Of a DNA stretch of 64,000 nt, positions 40,756-50,581 are shown one piece after another (position 1 is the stretch's first letter; each line of letters begins with the position of its first letter). The notes under the pieces are model-generated. The model did no database searches, was not told the origin of the DNA, and was given only the letters and a program-made list of their open reading frames with translations. Position numbers and translations under genes: made by a program. The DNA comes from Oligoflexales bacterium (lineage in GTDB: Bacteria; Myxococcota_A; UBA9042; DTJE01): positions 14,907-78,906 of the forward strand of contig DUVQ01000121.1 of assembly GCA_012840965.1 (NCBI GenBank). Reading direction: 5' to 3'.

Positions 40756-41688
40756 ATGATTCGTCATGTAGACATAAAGCTGCATTATGCTTGTAATAAC
40801 CGCTGTATTCATTGTGTGATCGCAGATCAACGTGATGCGGCAATGGCCAAGAGGGGTAGGGACTTTCGGACTACATCCGAGGTCGTAGCCGAGTTGGTAG
40901 ATGCCGCCACTAAGGGATTCGATGTGGTTACCTTTACCGGTGGTGAGCCAACCTTAAGGCGTGACTTGCCTGAGCTAGTCCAGGCAGCGCACCAGCTTGG
41001 TTTAAAGGTTGGCCTTCAAACCAACGGTCGCGCCCTTTCCTATGCCGAACGGCGAAAGCGGTTGTCTGGTATGGGCGTTGTTTTTGTTGTGGCCATACAC
41101 GGCCCAGATCCAGAGATTCACGATTTGGTCACAGCATCTCCAGGGGCCTTTGAACAAACAATGCAAGCGATTAGGGGGCTTGTTGAAGCGGGTGAAAAAG
41201 TAACAGCCAAGATCGTTATATCCCAAGTAAACATGCGGCATCTACCTGCTTTAGCACAGCTCATGGTTGATACTGGGGTCAAAAGAATGAACCTGACCTT
41301 TCCACATGCGCTGGGTTTGGCTAGGCGTGGATTTGATTTTGTCGTGCCAAGATACTTCGAGGTTATGCCATTTGTACATGAAGCCATTGATATCTTTCAT
41401 GCGGATGGTAGAAATATTGTAACCGAGGCGATTCCGTTGTGCCTGCTTGGTCAACATAAGGACCTGGCATCTGAAAACCTTTATAGGGTGGCAATCAAAA
41501 GTGAAGTGCGACAGCTTGATCAAGACCCCAGAAACTGGAGCGATGACCGGACAGGGGATGGCAAGGCAAAGGGACCCCAGTGTGTCGATTGTGCGCTTAA
41601 CCAAGAGTGTGAGGGTGTCTGGAAGGAATACTACGATGCCTTTGGTGGTGATGAATTGATCCCGGTTACTTTGCATCCAAAGTCGTAG
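40756..41688 (+). CDS. Radical SAM protein, HxsC-like, with a C-terminal Cys cluster
   Basis: CNNRCIHC, FTGGEPT, LQTNGR, IPLC and C-terminal CVDCALNQECEG..YYDAFGGDEL. Confidence 0.85.
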   Translation: MIRHVDIKLHYACNNRCIHCVIADQRDAAMAKRGRDFRTTSEVVAELVDAATKGFDVVTFTGGEPTLRRDLPELVQAAHQLGLKVGLQTNGRALSYAERRKRLSGMGVVFVVAIHGPDPEIHDLVTASPGAFEQTMQAIRGLVEAGEKVTAKIVISQVNMRHLPALAQLMVDTGVKRMNLTFPHALGLARRGFDFVVPRYFEVMPFVHEAIDIFHADGRNIVTEAIPLCLLGQHKDLASENLYRVAIKSEVRQLDQDPRNWSDDRTGDGKAKGPQCVDCALNQECEGVWKEYYDAFGGDELIPVTLHPKS

Positions 41689-41748
41689 ACGCCAATCAAT
41701 TTTCCAACTATCATTGACCTTGGCTTTTTTAAAGTTTGGGGGATTACC

Positions 41749-42357
41749 ATGCGAGTTCTAATTATCGGATTAGTGGCCCTGTTGGTTCTTTTAGTCGCGA
41801 TATTTTGGAAAAGCGTTCCTTTAGAGGGTGCGGAAGGTATCAAAAATGAACTGCAGGCGCTGGAGATGAGTGGTGCCCAAAAATGGGCGCCAGAGTCTTT
41901 TTCTGAGGCGCAGCAGGCTGTGGAAAAGGCATTGGCTGAATTCAAAAAGCAGGATGACAGGATTCCCGTTTTTCGAAGTCTTGGTCAGCTTGATGATGAC
42001 GTTAGTGCAGCTAGGGAACTTATGACGAAAACAGTTGAGGCTGTATCCAAAGCTAAAGAGGCTAGAGCTGCAGAGATATTGAAGGAAATCGCGGTTATTG
42101 AAGAGGGGCTTGGTAAGGCTTTCGAGATGCTAAAACAAGCTCCAAAAGAAGGCAGTGACAGACCTCTCCACACCATCAGAGGCGACCTTGAGTCAATAGG
42201 TCGCACAGTTGGAGATCTGCGTTCAAAAGTCGAAAGGGGTGAAGTTCCTGAAGAGACACCAGACTTTGCAGGAATGTCAGAGCAAGTCAAGAATCTGAGC
42301 GACAAAATTCCGGAAGAATTCGAGAAGATGAAAGCCTCAGCGGGACAGTGCTCGTAG
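41749..42357 (+). CDS. Membrane-anchored helical/coiled-coil protein (DUF4398-like)
   Basis: N-terminal TM segment, GAQKWAPESFSEAQ motif, helical composition. Confidence 0.55.
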   Translation: MRVLIIGLVALLVLLVAIFWKSVPLEGAEGIKNELQALEMSGAQKWAPESFSEAQQAVEKALAEFKKQDDRIPVFRSLGQLDDDVSAARELMTKTVEAVSKAKEARAAEILKEIAVIEEGLGKAFEMLKQAPKEGSDRPLHTIRGDLESIGRTVGDLRSKVERGEVPEETPDFAGMSEQVKNLSDKIPEEFEKMKASAGQCS

Positions 42358-42366
42358 TTACTGGGC

Positions 42367-42450
42367 TGGTGCGAGAGGTGGGACTTGAACCCACACGGTG
42401 TTGCCACCAGAACCTAAATCTGGCGCGTCTGCCAATTCCGCCACTCTCGC
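42367..42450 (-). tRNA. tRNA-Leu (anticodon TAG)
   Basis: Reverse complement GCGAGAGTGGCGGAATTGGCAGACGCG-CCAGA-TT-TAG-GT-TCTGG..GGTTCAAGTCC..CCA; long variable arm. Confidence 0.95.
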
Positions 42451-42614
42451 AGACAAATGCAGCGAAAAGGTACATTAATTCAGGTAAAAGTCAATCTGAA
42501 ATTTTAAAACTGGGCATTTTTGCGTCCTTCATAATTTGACTAGACTTTGACTTAAACATGTGCGGTAATCACCAAAGTTGCTTGAATAGGTTATTGGTTC
42601 CGAAGGGGTGGCCA

Positions 42615-44417
42615 ATGAAAGTCTTGAAGTTCTTAGGCGCTTTGTCGTTAATGGTTGCCATTAGCGCAATGATTAGTTGTAGCGGCTCAGACCTGCCGCC
42701 CGACGTATCACCGGATGATTCCCCAGCCTTGGACGATGGTTCGCAGGATGATGGTTCTGATACTGCAGATCCACGTCCAGACTTGGATGACGACGCTGAC
42801 ACTGACACCGAAACTGACAGCGACGCGCCATGCGAGCAAAAGTGCGGTACTCGCGTCTGCGGCCCCGATCCGGTGTGTAAAGAGTCATGCGGGACGTGTG
42901 ATGCCCCATATGCCTGCAATGCTGACGGCCAATGTGAGTGCAAGCCACAGTGTGGTGACCGTCTCTGTGGCCCCGATCCGGTTTGCGAGAAGTCGTGCGG
43001 CGAGTGCGCACCTGGTCATAGTTGCGACTTAAATGGTCGGTGCCAGAAAGATGGCTGTGAAAAGGTATGTGGTAATCGCGTCTGTGGTCCCGATCCAGTT
43101 TGTCATCAGTCCTGCGGGTCCTGTGAGGCGCATGAAAAATGCAATGCTGATGGCCAATGCGAGTGCGTACCCCAGTGTGGTGAACGTAAGTGTGGCATTG
43201 AGCCAGTTTGTCAAACGTCTTGTGGCGTTTGTGAAGCTCCAAACAAATGCAATGAGCAAGGCCAATGTGAGTGCATCCCAGAGTGCGGCGAGCGCAAGTG
43301 CGGTGTTGACCCAGTTTGTGGAACGAAATCCTGTGGTATTTGCGGATTCTACGAAAAATGCAACGACCAATTTCTATGTGAGTGTGTGCCAGATTGCACC
43401 GGCCGCCAGTGCGGCCTTGACCCGATTTGTGGCACTGAGACCTGTGGTTACTGTGAGGCGCATGAGAAATGCAATTTGGTAGGTATATGTGAGTGCGTGC
43501 CCCAGTGTGGCGACCGTAAGTGTGGTATTGAGCCGGTTTGTCAAACGTCTTGTGGCAATTGTACCCCTCCAAACGAATGCAATGAGCAAGGCCAGTGTGA
43601 GTGCTCTCCAGACTGCCGCGGGCGCGATTGCGGCGTAGATCCAGTGTGTGGGCAATCCTGCGGCACTTGTCCTGAAAACTCCATTTGCAATCTTGATGGA
43701 CAATGTTTTGCACCATCGATTGTCTGCTCGGATGACTGGTGCTTGATTCCAGCAGGCACATTCGAGATGGGGGCTCCACAAGGCGAACCTGAATACCGTT
43801 TTGATGAGGGGCCAGTTCATTCAGTGACGATTAGCCGCTCTTTTTACATCAAACAGACTGAAGTAACTCAAGGGGAATGGCAGTCATTGATGGGAAATAA
43901 TCCATCAAATTTTCAGTCCTGTGGCAATAAGTGCCCAGTTGAGATGGTGTATTGGTACGACGCTGTCGCATACGCTAATGCCCTTTCTGAAACGCAAAGC
44001 CTTGAAAGTTGTTACACGTTAAGCAATTGCACAGGTGCACCTGGTACCGTCGGCTATAAATGTACGGTCGAGTTTAATGGTCTTGGCTGCACAGGTTATC
44101 GTTTACCTACCGAAGCTGAGTGGGAATATGCAGCGCGTGCAGGCGTTACTGGCCCAAGGTATGGCGACATTGATGCCATCGCTTGGCACAGTGGTAACAG
44201 TTTGAATAAGACTCGTGTAGTGGCTACAAGGACTGCTAACGCCTGGGGATTAAACGATGTGCTTGGCAATGTCTGGGAGTGGGTAAATGACTGGTATGGG
44301 CCAAACTACTACAGCAGCTGTTCATCGGGTTGTTCTGACCCAATAGGAATCGACGGTGGCAGTATGCGGGGGTATCGTGGCGGATCTTGGATGTCAAGCT
44401 GGAGGCAATTACGCCTG
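42615..44417 (+). pseudogene. Cys-rich lipoprotein + FGE-sulfatase/SUMF1 (CLec-fold) domain, copy 1, 3'-truncated; the ORF runs on out of frame to 44660
   Basis: Lipobox MISC, CGPDPVC repeats, FEMG, TEVTQ, RLPTEAEWEYAAR, GNVWEW and RGGSW; lacks the terminal GFR..R strand. Confidence 0.75.
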
Positions 44418-46120
44418 ATGATGGCTCAGATACGACTCGCCCAGACATTGAGCCAATGTGTGAGCAAAACTGTGGTAATCGTGAGTGTGGTCCAGATCCG
44501 GTGTGTAAAGAGTCTTGTGGGACGTGTGATGCCCCATATTCCTGCAATGCTGATGGCCAATGTGAGTGCGAGCAAGAGTGCGGTGATCGCGTCTGTGGTC
44601 CTGACCCAGTTTGCGAAAAGTCCTGTGGCACCTGCGAAGCTGGTCATAGTTGTGACTTAAATGGCCAGTGTCAGGAAGACGGCTGTGAAAAGGCGTGCGG
44701 TGAACGCGTCTGTGGTCCCGATCCGGTCTGTGGGCAGCCTTGCGGCGACGATTGTCCAGCTCATCACAAATGCAACGACGAAGGCCAATGCGAGTGCGTG
44801 CCTCAGTGTGGCAACCGTAAGTGCGGTGATGATCCGGTCTGTGGGCAGCCTTGCGGCGACGATTGCCCAGCTCATCACAAATGCAACGATGATGGACAAT
44901 GCGAGTGCCAGCCTGAGTGTGGCGGGCGTGAGTGCGGCTATGATCCGGTCTGTGGGCAGCCTTGCGGCGACGATTGCCCAGCTCATCACGAATGCAACGA
45001 TGATGGCCAATGCGAGTGCCAGCCTGAGTGTGGCACCCGTGAGTGCGGCGATGACCCGGTTTGTGGGCAGCCTTGCGGCGATTGCCCAGCTCATCACGAA
45101 TGCAATGATGGCCAATGTCAGTGCGTACCCGACTGTTTGGGCCGTGAGTGCGGCCTAGATCCGGTCTGTGGTGTGCGGCCTTGTGGTATATGCACTGCTC
45201 CAGAGACCTGCTCATCCCAAGGAGTGTGTTGTGAACGAAACTGCACCGGTCGCCAGTGTGGTCCCGATCCTTCTTGCGGTGACTCCTGCGGTAGTTGTCC
45301 AATGTACTTGGTTTGCGAACCTAACAGTGGCCAGTGCGTTCCCCCGTATGTTGATTGCAATTCAGGATGGTGTTTTATCCCAGCAGGTACCTTTTTGATG
45401 GGTTCTCCTGAAGATGATCCAGAGCGTTATAACAATGAAGGTCCGACTTACATAGCGACGATTACCCGCGATTTTTATATGAGTCAGACGGAAGTAACTC
45501 AGGAACAGTGGGAGTCGGTGTTTCAGAACAATCCGTCTAGCACAACTGAATGTGGAGTAGATTGTCCTGTTGAGACTGTAAATTGGTTTGAAGCTGTTGC
45601 TTACGCGAATGCTCTTTCCGACAAGGAAGGTCGTGAAAAGTGTTACACGATAGAGGGTTGTTCTGGTAGTCCTGGAACGGGCCTCAAAAACTGTACAGTA
45701 ACCTATTCTAATCTGCTTGACTGCAAAGGTTATCGTTTGCCAACTGAGACAGAGTGGGAGTATGCAGCACGTGCAGGTACCTCTGAGCCTAGGTACGGCG
45801 AGGTGGACAGGATAGCTTGGCATGTAGGCAACAGTCAACGCACCTATCATCCAGTAGCTAAACTGTTACCTAATGCTTGGGGATTATATGACATGCTTGG
45901 CAACGTTTGGGAGTGGGTGCATGACTACTATGATTTCTACAATACCAGTATTTCCGGTGGGATAGACCCGTTAGGACCCTCGTGGGGCGCTGGCCGGGTT
46001 AGACGTGGCGGTGGTTGGATCTTCGATGCCAGGAACTCGCGGGCAGCTGACCGCAGCTACGACACGCCTGATACACGTAGAAGTTACATTGGCTTGCGCA
46101 TTGTAAGGACTGCGCCGTAG
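44411..46120 (+). pseudogene. Cys-rich + FGE-sulfatase domain gene, copy 2, lacking the signal peptide/lipobox (ORF 44387-46120)
   Basis: Begins within the linker (TPDDGSDT); repeats and FGE domain intact, ending IGLRIVRTAP. Confidence 0.7.
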
Positions 46121-46161
46121 TTTCTTGTGGAGAAGACCATAGTTTTGTTAAGGAGTATTAA

Positions 46162-48159
46162 ATGCGAGTCATGAAGTTTTTAGGCACGCTAGCGCTAGTT
46201 TTTGCAGTCAGCGCAATGACCAGTTGTAAGGGCTCAGACCAGCCTACCGACGTATTTCAGGAAATTCCCGCTGCTACTGACGATTCAGTGCAGGACGAAG
46301 GCGTGGCGGACGAAGGCGTGGCGGACGAAGGTGCGGCGGACGAAGGTGCGGCGGACGAAGGTGCGGCGGACGAAGGTGCGGCGGACGAAGGTTTGGCCGA
46401 CGATACTCCTGTTGACGATGGTTCAGATGTCACAGATTCAGGGGAAGACGCTGACGCAGAGGTGTCTTGCGAGCCAAAGTGCGAAGACCGAGTCTGCGGT
46501 CCTGACCCTGTTTGCAAAGAGTCCTGTGGTACCTGCGAGGCTGGTCACAGTTGTGACTCGAATGGCCAATGCCAGCAAGATGGCTGTGAAAAGGTTTGTG
46601 GTGATCGCGTCTGTGGACCCGATCCAGTTTGTGGCCAGTCTTGCGGCGGTTGTGATGCTCCATACGAATGCAATGACGCGGGCCAATGTGAGTGCGAGCC
46701 AAATTGCCATGGCCTTGATTGCGGCCCAGATCCGAAATGTGGTCAGTCCTGCGGCGGTTGTGATGCCCCATACGAATGCAATGACGCGGGCCAATGCGAG
46801 TGCGAGCCAAATTGCCATGGCCGTGAGTGCGGCAACGATCCGAAATGTGGCCTGTCCTGTGGCGGTTGTGATGCCCCATACGAATGCAATGACGCGGGCC
46901 AATGCGAGTGCAGGCCAAATTGCGAAGGCCTTGAGTGCGGCAACGACCCGAAATGTGGCCTGTCCTGTGGGACATGTACCACCCCAGCATTTTGCAATCC
47001 CCAAGGCTTGTGCGAGTGTACTCAAGAATGTGGCCTCCGCCGCTGCGGCCCTGATCCCATTTGTGGTCAGTCGTGCGGTACTTGTAGCTCTGGTTTTAGT
47101 TGTGATTTAAACGGGCTGTGTTCGCCAGATGAATGTGCAAAACAGTGTGGTACCCGCATCTGTGGTCCCGATCCAGTCTGCGGTGCATCTTGCGGTACTT
47201 GCGACTTTGGTTATAGGTGTGATGCAGATGGTCAATGTCAGCCAGATGGATGCCTGAAACAGTGTGATGGCCGTGTTTGTGGCCCTGACCCAGTATGCGG
47301 TCAAGCCTGCGGTAATTGTGTTGGAAGCCTAGTTTGCGACCTCAAAGGTAAGTGCATCCCCAACACTGCTAGGTGTGATGGTGATTGGTGCTTTATTCAA
47401 GCAGGTACTTTCCAGATGGGCTCTCCCAGTGGCGAGCTTGGCCGTTTTCGTAATGAAGGGCCAGTTCACACAGTCACCATTACACGTCCCTTTTACATAA
47501 AACAGTACGAAGTTACCCAGGGAGAGTGGAAGTCGATGTTTCACAACAATCCGTCTCGTTTCAGCACGTGTGGTGATGAGTGCCCAGTTGATCAAGTAAA
47601 CTGGTTCGAAGCCGTTGCCTACGCGAATGCTCTTTCCGAGAAGGAAGGTCTTGAAAAGTGCTACACGATAAGCGATTGTTCAGGAATCCTTGGTTCTGGA
47701 AATCCTGATTACGACCGCTATCAATGTACAGTGACTTATCCCAATCTGCTTGACTGCAAAGGTTATCGCTTGCCAACTGAGGCTGAGTGGGAGTATGCAG
47801 CACGTGCCGGTGTTCACGGGCCCAGATATGGTGAAATTTATTCCACGACGTGGTTTTCGGGAAACAGTTCCTGGCTTACTCATCCTGCAGGCGAAAAGAG
47901 TCCCAATAACTGGGGACTATATGATGTGCTTGGCAATGTTGAGGAGTGGGTGAATGACTTGTACGACGAATACTACTACTCTTCCTGTAATACCGGTTGC
48001 CAAGATCCTTTAGGGCCTGACAATAGTGATCTTCGCGTTCAACGTGGCGGCTGTTGGGCTAATAGCATCGACTCGGTGCGGTTGGCGGTTCGTGACGGTC
48101 TCTATCCTAGATTTCGTAATGATTACAGTGGGTTCCGTCTTGCAAGGACGGTTCCCTAG
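46162..48159 (+). CDS. Cys-rich lipoprotein + FGE-sulfatase/SUMF1 (CLec-fold) domain, copy 3, intact
   Basis: AAGGAG RBS, lipobox MTSC, repeats, RLPTEAEWEYAAR and SGFRLARTVP. Confidence 0.85.
   Translation: MRVMKFLGTLALVFAVSAMTSCKGSDQPTDVFQEIPAATDDSVQDEGVADEGVADEGAADEGAADEGAADEGAADEGLADDTPVDDGSDVTDSGEDADAEVSCEPKCEDRVCGPDPVCKESCGTCEAGHSCDSNGQCQQDGCEKVCGDRVCGPDPVCGQSCGGCDAPYECNDAGQCECEPNCHGLDCGPDPKCGQSCGGCDAPYECNDAGQCECEPNCHGRECGNDPKCGLSCGGCDAPYECNDAGQCECRPNCEGLECGNDPKCGLSCGTCTTPAFCNPQGLCECTQECGLRRCGPDPICGQSCGTCSSGFSCDLNGLCSPDECAKQCGTRICGPDPVCGASCGTCDFGYRCDADGQCQPDGCLKQCDGRVCGPDPVCGQACGNCVGSLVCDLKGKCIPNTARCDGDWCFIQAGTFQMGSPSGELGRFRNEGPVHTVTITRPFYIKQYEVTQGEWKSMFHNNPSRFSTCGDECPVDQVNWFEAVAYANALSEKEGLEKCYTISDCSGILGSGNPDYDRYQCTVTYPNLLDCKGYRLPTEAEWEYAARAGVHGPRYGEIYSTTWFSGNSSWLTHPAGEKSPNNWGLYDVLGNVEEWVNDLYDEYYYSSCNTGCQDPLGPDNSDLRVQRGGCWANSIDSVRLAVRDGLYPRFRNDYSGFRLARTVP
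46294..46398 (+). repeat. 15-bp coding tandem repeat x7 (DEG[V/A/L]A)
   Basis: gacgaaggcgtggcg/gacgaaggtgcggcg units. Confidence 0.9.
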
Positions 48160-48261
48160 TCGTTTGGCCCAAAGCCTCCCTTTGCCCCAAAACACCCTAA
48201 TATTCACCATATTTGCAGCCTTGTAGTTGGAATTCCCCTTGTTAACGAGTATCCTTCGCGC

Positions 48262-48648
48262 ATGAAACCGACGCCTTTTACAATTTTTTGCGGTTATTAC
48301 TTGGGATTGGATAAAGAATTCAATTACCGGTTTTTTAACCAGGACCAGTTGGCGCGTCATCTTGGGATCGACCCATCTGAGCTGCGCCACCTGATGGAAG
48401 AATACTATTTGACGCCTGAAATTGTGCGCCACGTGGACTACAATCTGGTAAAGGCTCATGCCACAGCCCAGGAAATAGTGACCTTTGGTGGTGGTGAAGA
48501 CATCAGGGTGTTTGCCAGGCGTACCTTTGAAGAATTCATCCAGGCGTTACAAAAGTACGACCCTACCAAAGACTTCGAAGGTGTGGATTATGACAACCTG
48601 TTTCCAGGTGATCCGCCTCCTGATGAAGACGATGATGTTGTTTTGTGA
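48262..48648 (+). CDS. Conserved hypothetical protein (HTH-like core, acidic tail)
   Basis: 128-aa ORF; FCGYYLG..YRF..QLARHLG motif; directly precedes the nifH-like gene. Confidence 0.65.
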   Translation: MKPTPFTIFCGYYLGLDKEFNYRFFNQDQLARHLGIDPSELRHLMEEYYLTPEIVRHVDYNLVKAHATAQEIVTFGGGEDIRVFARRTFEEFIQALQKYDPTKDFEGVDYDNLFPGDPPPDEDDDVVL

Positions 48649-48680
48649 CCCTGCATATTGATGGATCCAAGGAGGCAGTG

Positions 48681-49514
48681 ATGTCGCGTCCCAAAGCTAG
48701 GATGTTTGCGATGTATGGAAAGGGTGGGATTGGTAAATCCACCGTTTCATCCAACATATCGGCGGTACTGGCCAAGCAGGGTAAAAAGGTTTTGCATGTT
48801 GGCTGCGATCCCAAAGCAGATTCAACCCTTACTTTGCTGGATGGCCAACCAGTTAAGACAGTCATCCAAAAAATCGCTGGGCGCATCAGTTCCCCGGACG
48901 ACATCATCATGCCTGGGATATTGGGACTTTCTTGCATCGAGTGTGGTGGTCCTGAACCTGGGGTTGGGTGCGGAGGTCGCGGTGTTTCAAGGATGTTCGA
49001 GGTTTTGGATGACCTGGAATTGATTGAAGATGGCGAATATGACGTGGCCGTTTTTGACGTGCTGGGTGACGTCGTGTGTGGTGGCTTTGCGGCACCGCTT
49101 CGCCAGGGGCGAGCAGAACTGGTCTACATCGTTGTAAGCGAAAGCGTGATGGCGCTGTTTGCGGCAAATAACATCGCCAGGGCCATGAAACGTTTCGCTT
49201 CAAATGGAATTGCGCTTGGTGGATTAATAGTCAACCAAGCGGATGAGCACACCCCAATCGAAGGCCTACACAAGTTTGCCAAAGCTCTTGGGACCAGGAT
49301 TATTGGGGTGGTTCCGAGGGACCCTGCAATCAGAAAGGCAGAGGTGATGAAGCGCCCAGTTGTTGACATCGCGCCAGAATCAAAGGCCGCAGCTGTGTTT
49401 GCTGAACTTGCAAACGCCATAATGCAGGATTCTGTTGAAGCGCATCAGGTGCCAACGCCTTTTGACGATGCCGGTTTTGACGCCTTCATAGAACAGACGT
49501 TTGGACAGTCATGA
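48681..49514 (+). CDS. NifH/BchL/CfbC-family Fe-protein ATPase (nitrogenase-like reductase)
   Basis: YGKGGIGKST, CDPKADST, GGPEPGVGCGGRG and DVLGDVVCGGFAAP; GGAGG RBS. Confidence 0.92.
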   Translation: MSRPKARMFAMYGKGGIGKSTVSSNISAVLAKQGKKVLHVGCDPKADSTLTLLDGQPVKTVIQKIAGRISSPDDIIMPGILGLSCIECGGPEPGVGCGGRGVSRMFEVLDDLELIEDGEYDVAVFDVLGDVVCGGFAAPLRQGRAELVYIVVSESVMALFAANNIARAMKRFASNGIALGGLIVNQADEHTPIEGLHKFAKALGTRIIGVVPRDPAIRKAEVMKRPVVDIAPESKAAAVFAELANAIMQDSVEAHQVPTPFDDAGFDAFIEQTFGQS

Positions 49515-50581
49515 TGGACAGGCCTGGATTTGTGACTGGGGTGGCCTTGGTGGCCAACGCCGTAGCTCGGGAAATCTTCAAGGTGGATGCTTCACCTGAG
49601 GCTATTGAGGCGGTTCAGGCTGTTGTTGAACAGCATGACAGTAAAGGCTGGTGGGGCCAGATAGTTGGTGCTGACGCTTCGGGGCCTGGTTTTGACCTTT
49701 CGCGGTGTGAAAGTTCTGGAAATGATTGGGTGGACGGTTACCAAGAGGCCTTGACAGCTTTGGCCGCGGCTATTGAAGCTGTGCCCCTAGAACCAAATTC
49801 CATCGCTGTGGTTGGGATGCTCCTTGATCGGCGTGAAGCTGATCGTCGTGCTGATTATGATGAGTTGGCAGGCTACTTGGCCGCTCTTGGGTTGGATTTT
49901 TGCGGTTTTTTTCCCGCTTTTGATGTTGTGGATAGCTCCCAACTAAAGGACATCGCGCCTGCTTCAACCATTATTTCACTTCCTTACGGACGCAAAGCGG
50001 CGCACGCCATCTCAAAAAAAACTGGTGCCAAGCTCATCGAGCTGGACCTGCCAATTGGATTTGCCGGGACGAGCGATTGGATTAGCGAGGTGGCCCTTGC
50101 ATGTGGGCGTCAGCAGGCGGCTGAACAGTTGATCAAATCCAAACTTGGCTCAGCAGTACCAAAACTTGAATGGGTAGTCCCTTTTTGGTTGCTGCATCGC
50201 CGAATCTTGCTGGTTGGTGATGTCTACAAAGTTAAAGGTTGGGCCGAAGCCTTGCACGAATTTGGATGCAATGTCTTGGGCGCGATTTGCACCGGTGGAA
50301 ATCCAGCCAGCGCCCCAGATATCAACTGGATTGATAATATTCCTGATGACTTGGAAGTCGATTTAGTCATCGGAAGTCAAGTCGCCGAGGCCAAAGGCCT
50401 GCCATTTTTAGAAATGGGATTTCCAAATTTTGGTGAACATTTCATTTATTCCAGGCCAGAACTTGGTTTCGCAGGCACTCTTGCTACGGTGGAGGCGATC
50501 ATCAACAGGCTGGCCTTGACATCCGTGATGCGCCACTGGCCAGGCGGCAGGGTCAAGTTTGACCTTAGAAAAGATCCCTGA
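49511..50581 (+). CDS. Nitrogenase component-1 (NifD/K-like) oxidoreductase-fold protein, short and degenerate
   Basis: LPIGFAGTSDWISEVA, DLVIGS and EMGFP..RPELGFAG; ATGA overlap with the nifH-like gene. Confidence 0.7.
   Translation: MMDRPGFVTGVALVANAVAREIFKVDASPEAIEAVQAVVEQHDSKGWWGQIVGADASGPGFDLSRCESSGNDWVDGYQEALTALAAAIEAVPLEPNSIAVVGMLLDRREADRRADYDELAGYLAALGLDFCGFFPAFDVVDSSQLKDIAPASTIISLPYGRKAAHAISKKTGAKLIELDLPIGFAGTSDWISEVALACGRQQAAEQLIKSKLGSAVPKLEWVVPFWLLHRRILLVGDVYKVKGWAEALHEFGCNVLGAICTGGNPASAPDINWIDNIPDDLEVDLVIGSQVAEAKGLPFLEMGFPNFGEHFIYSRPELGFAGTLATVEAIINRLALTSVMRHWPGGRVKFDLRKDP

Noticed and set aside
42367-42450. tRNA-Leu (or tRNA-Glu) as the integration site of an island
   Set aside because: I noticed no duplicated tRNA 3' end and no integrase in the window.
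44387-44660. Programmed frameshift joining FGE genes 1 and 2
   Set aside because: There is no slippery sequence at the junction, and sequence from both genes is missing, which fits a deletion better.
42615-48159. A complete diversity-generating retroelement
   Set aside because: No reverse transcriptase, avd or AAC-rich template repeat is visible in the window.
48681-50581. Nitrogen fixation or (bacterio)chlorophyll synthesis
   Set aside because: No nifDK/ENB or bch/chl genes, and the component-1 protein lacks the canonical ligands.
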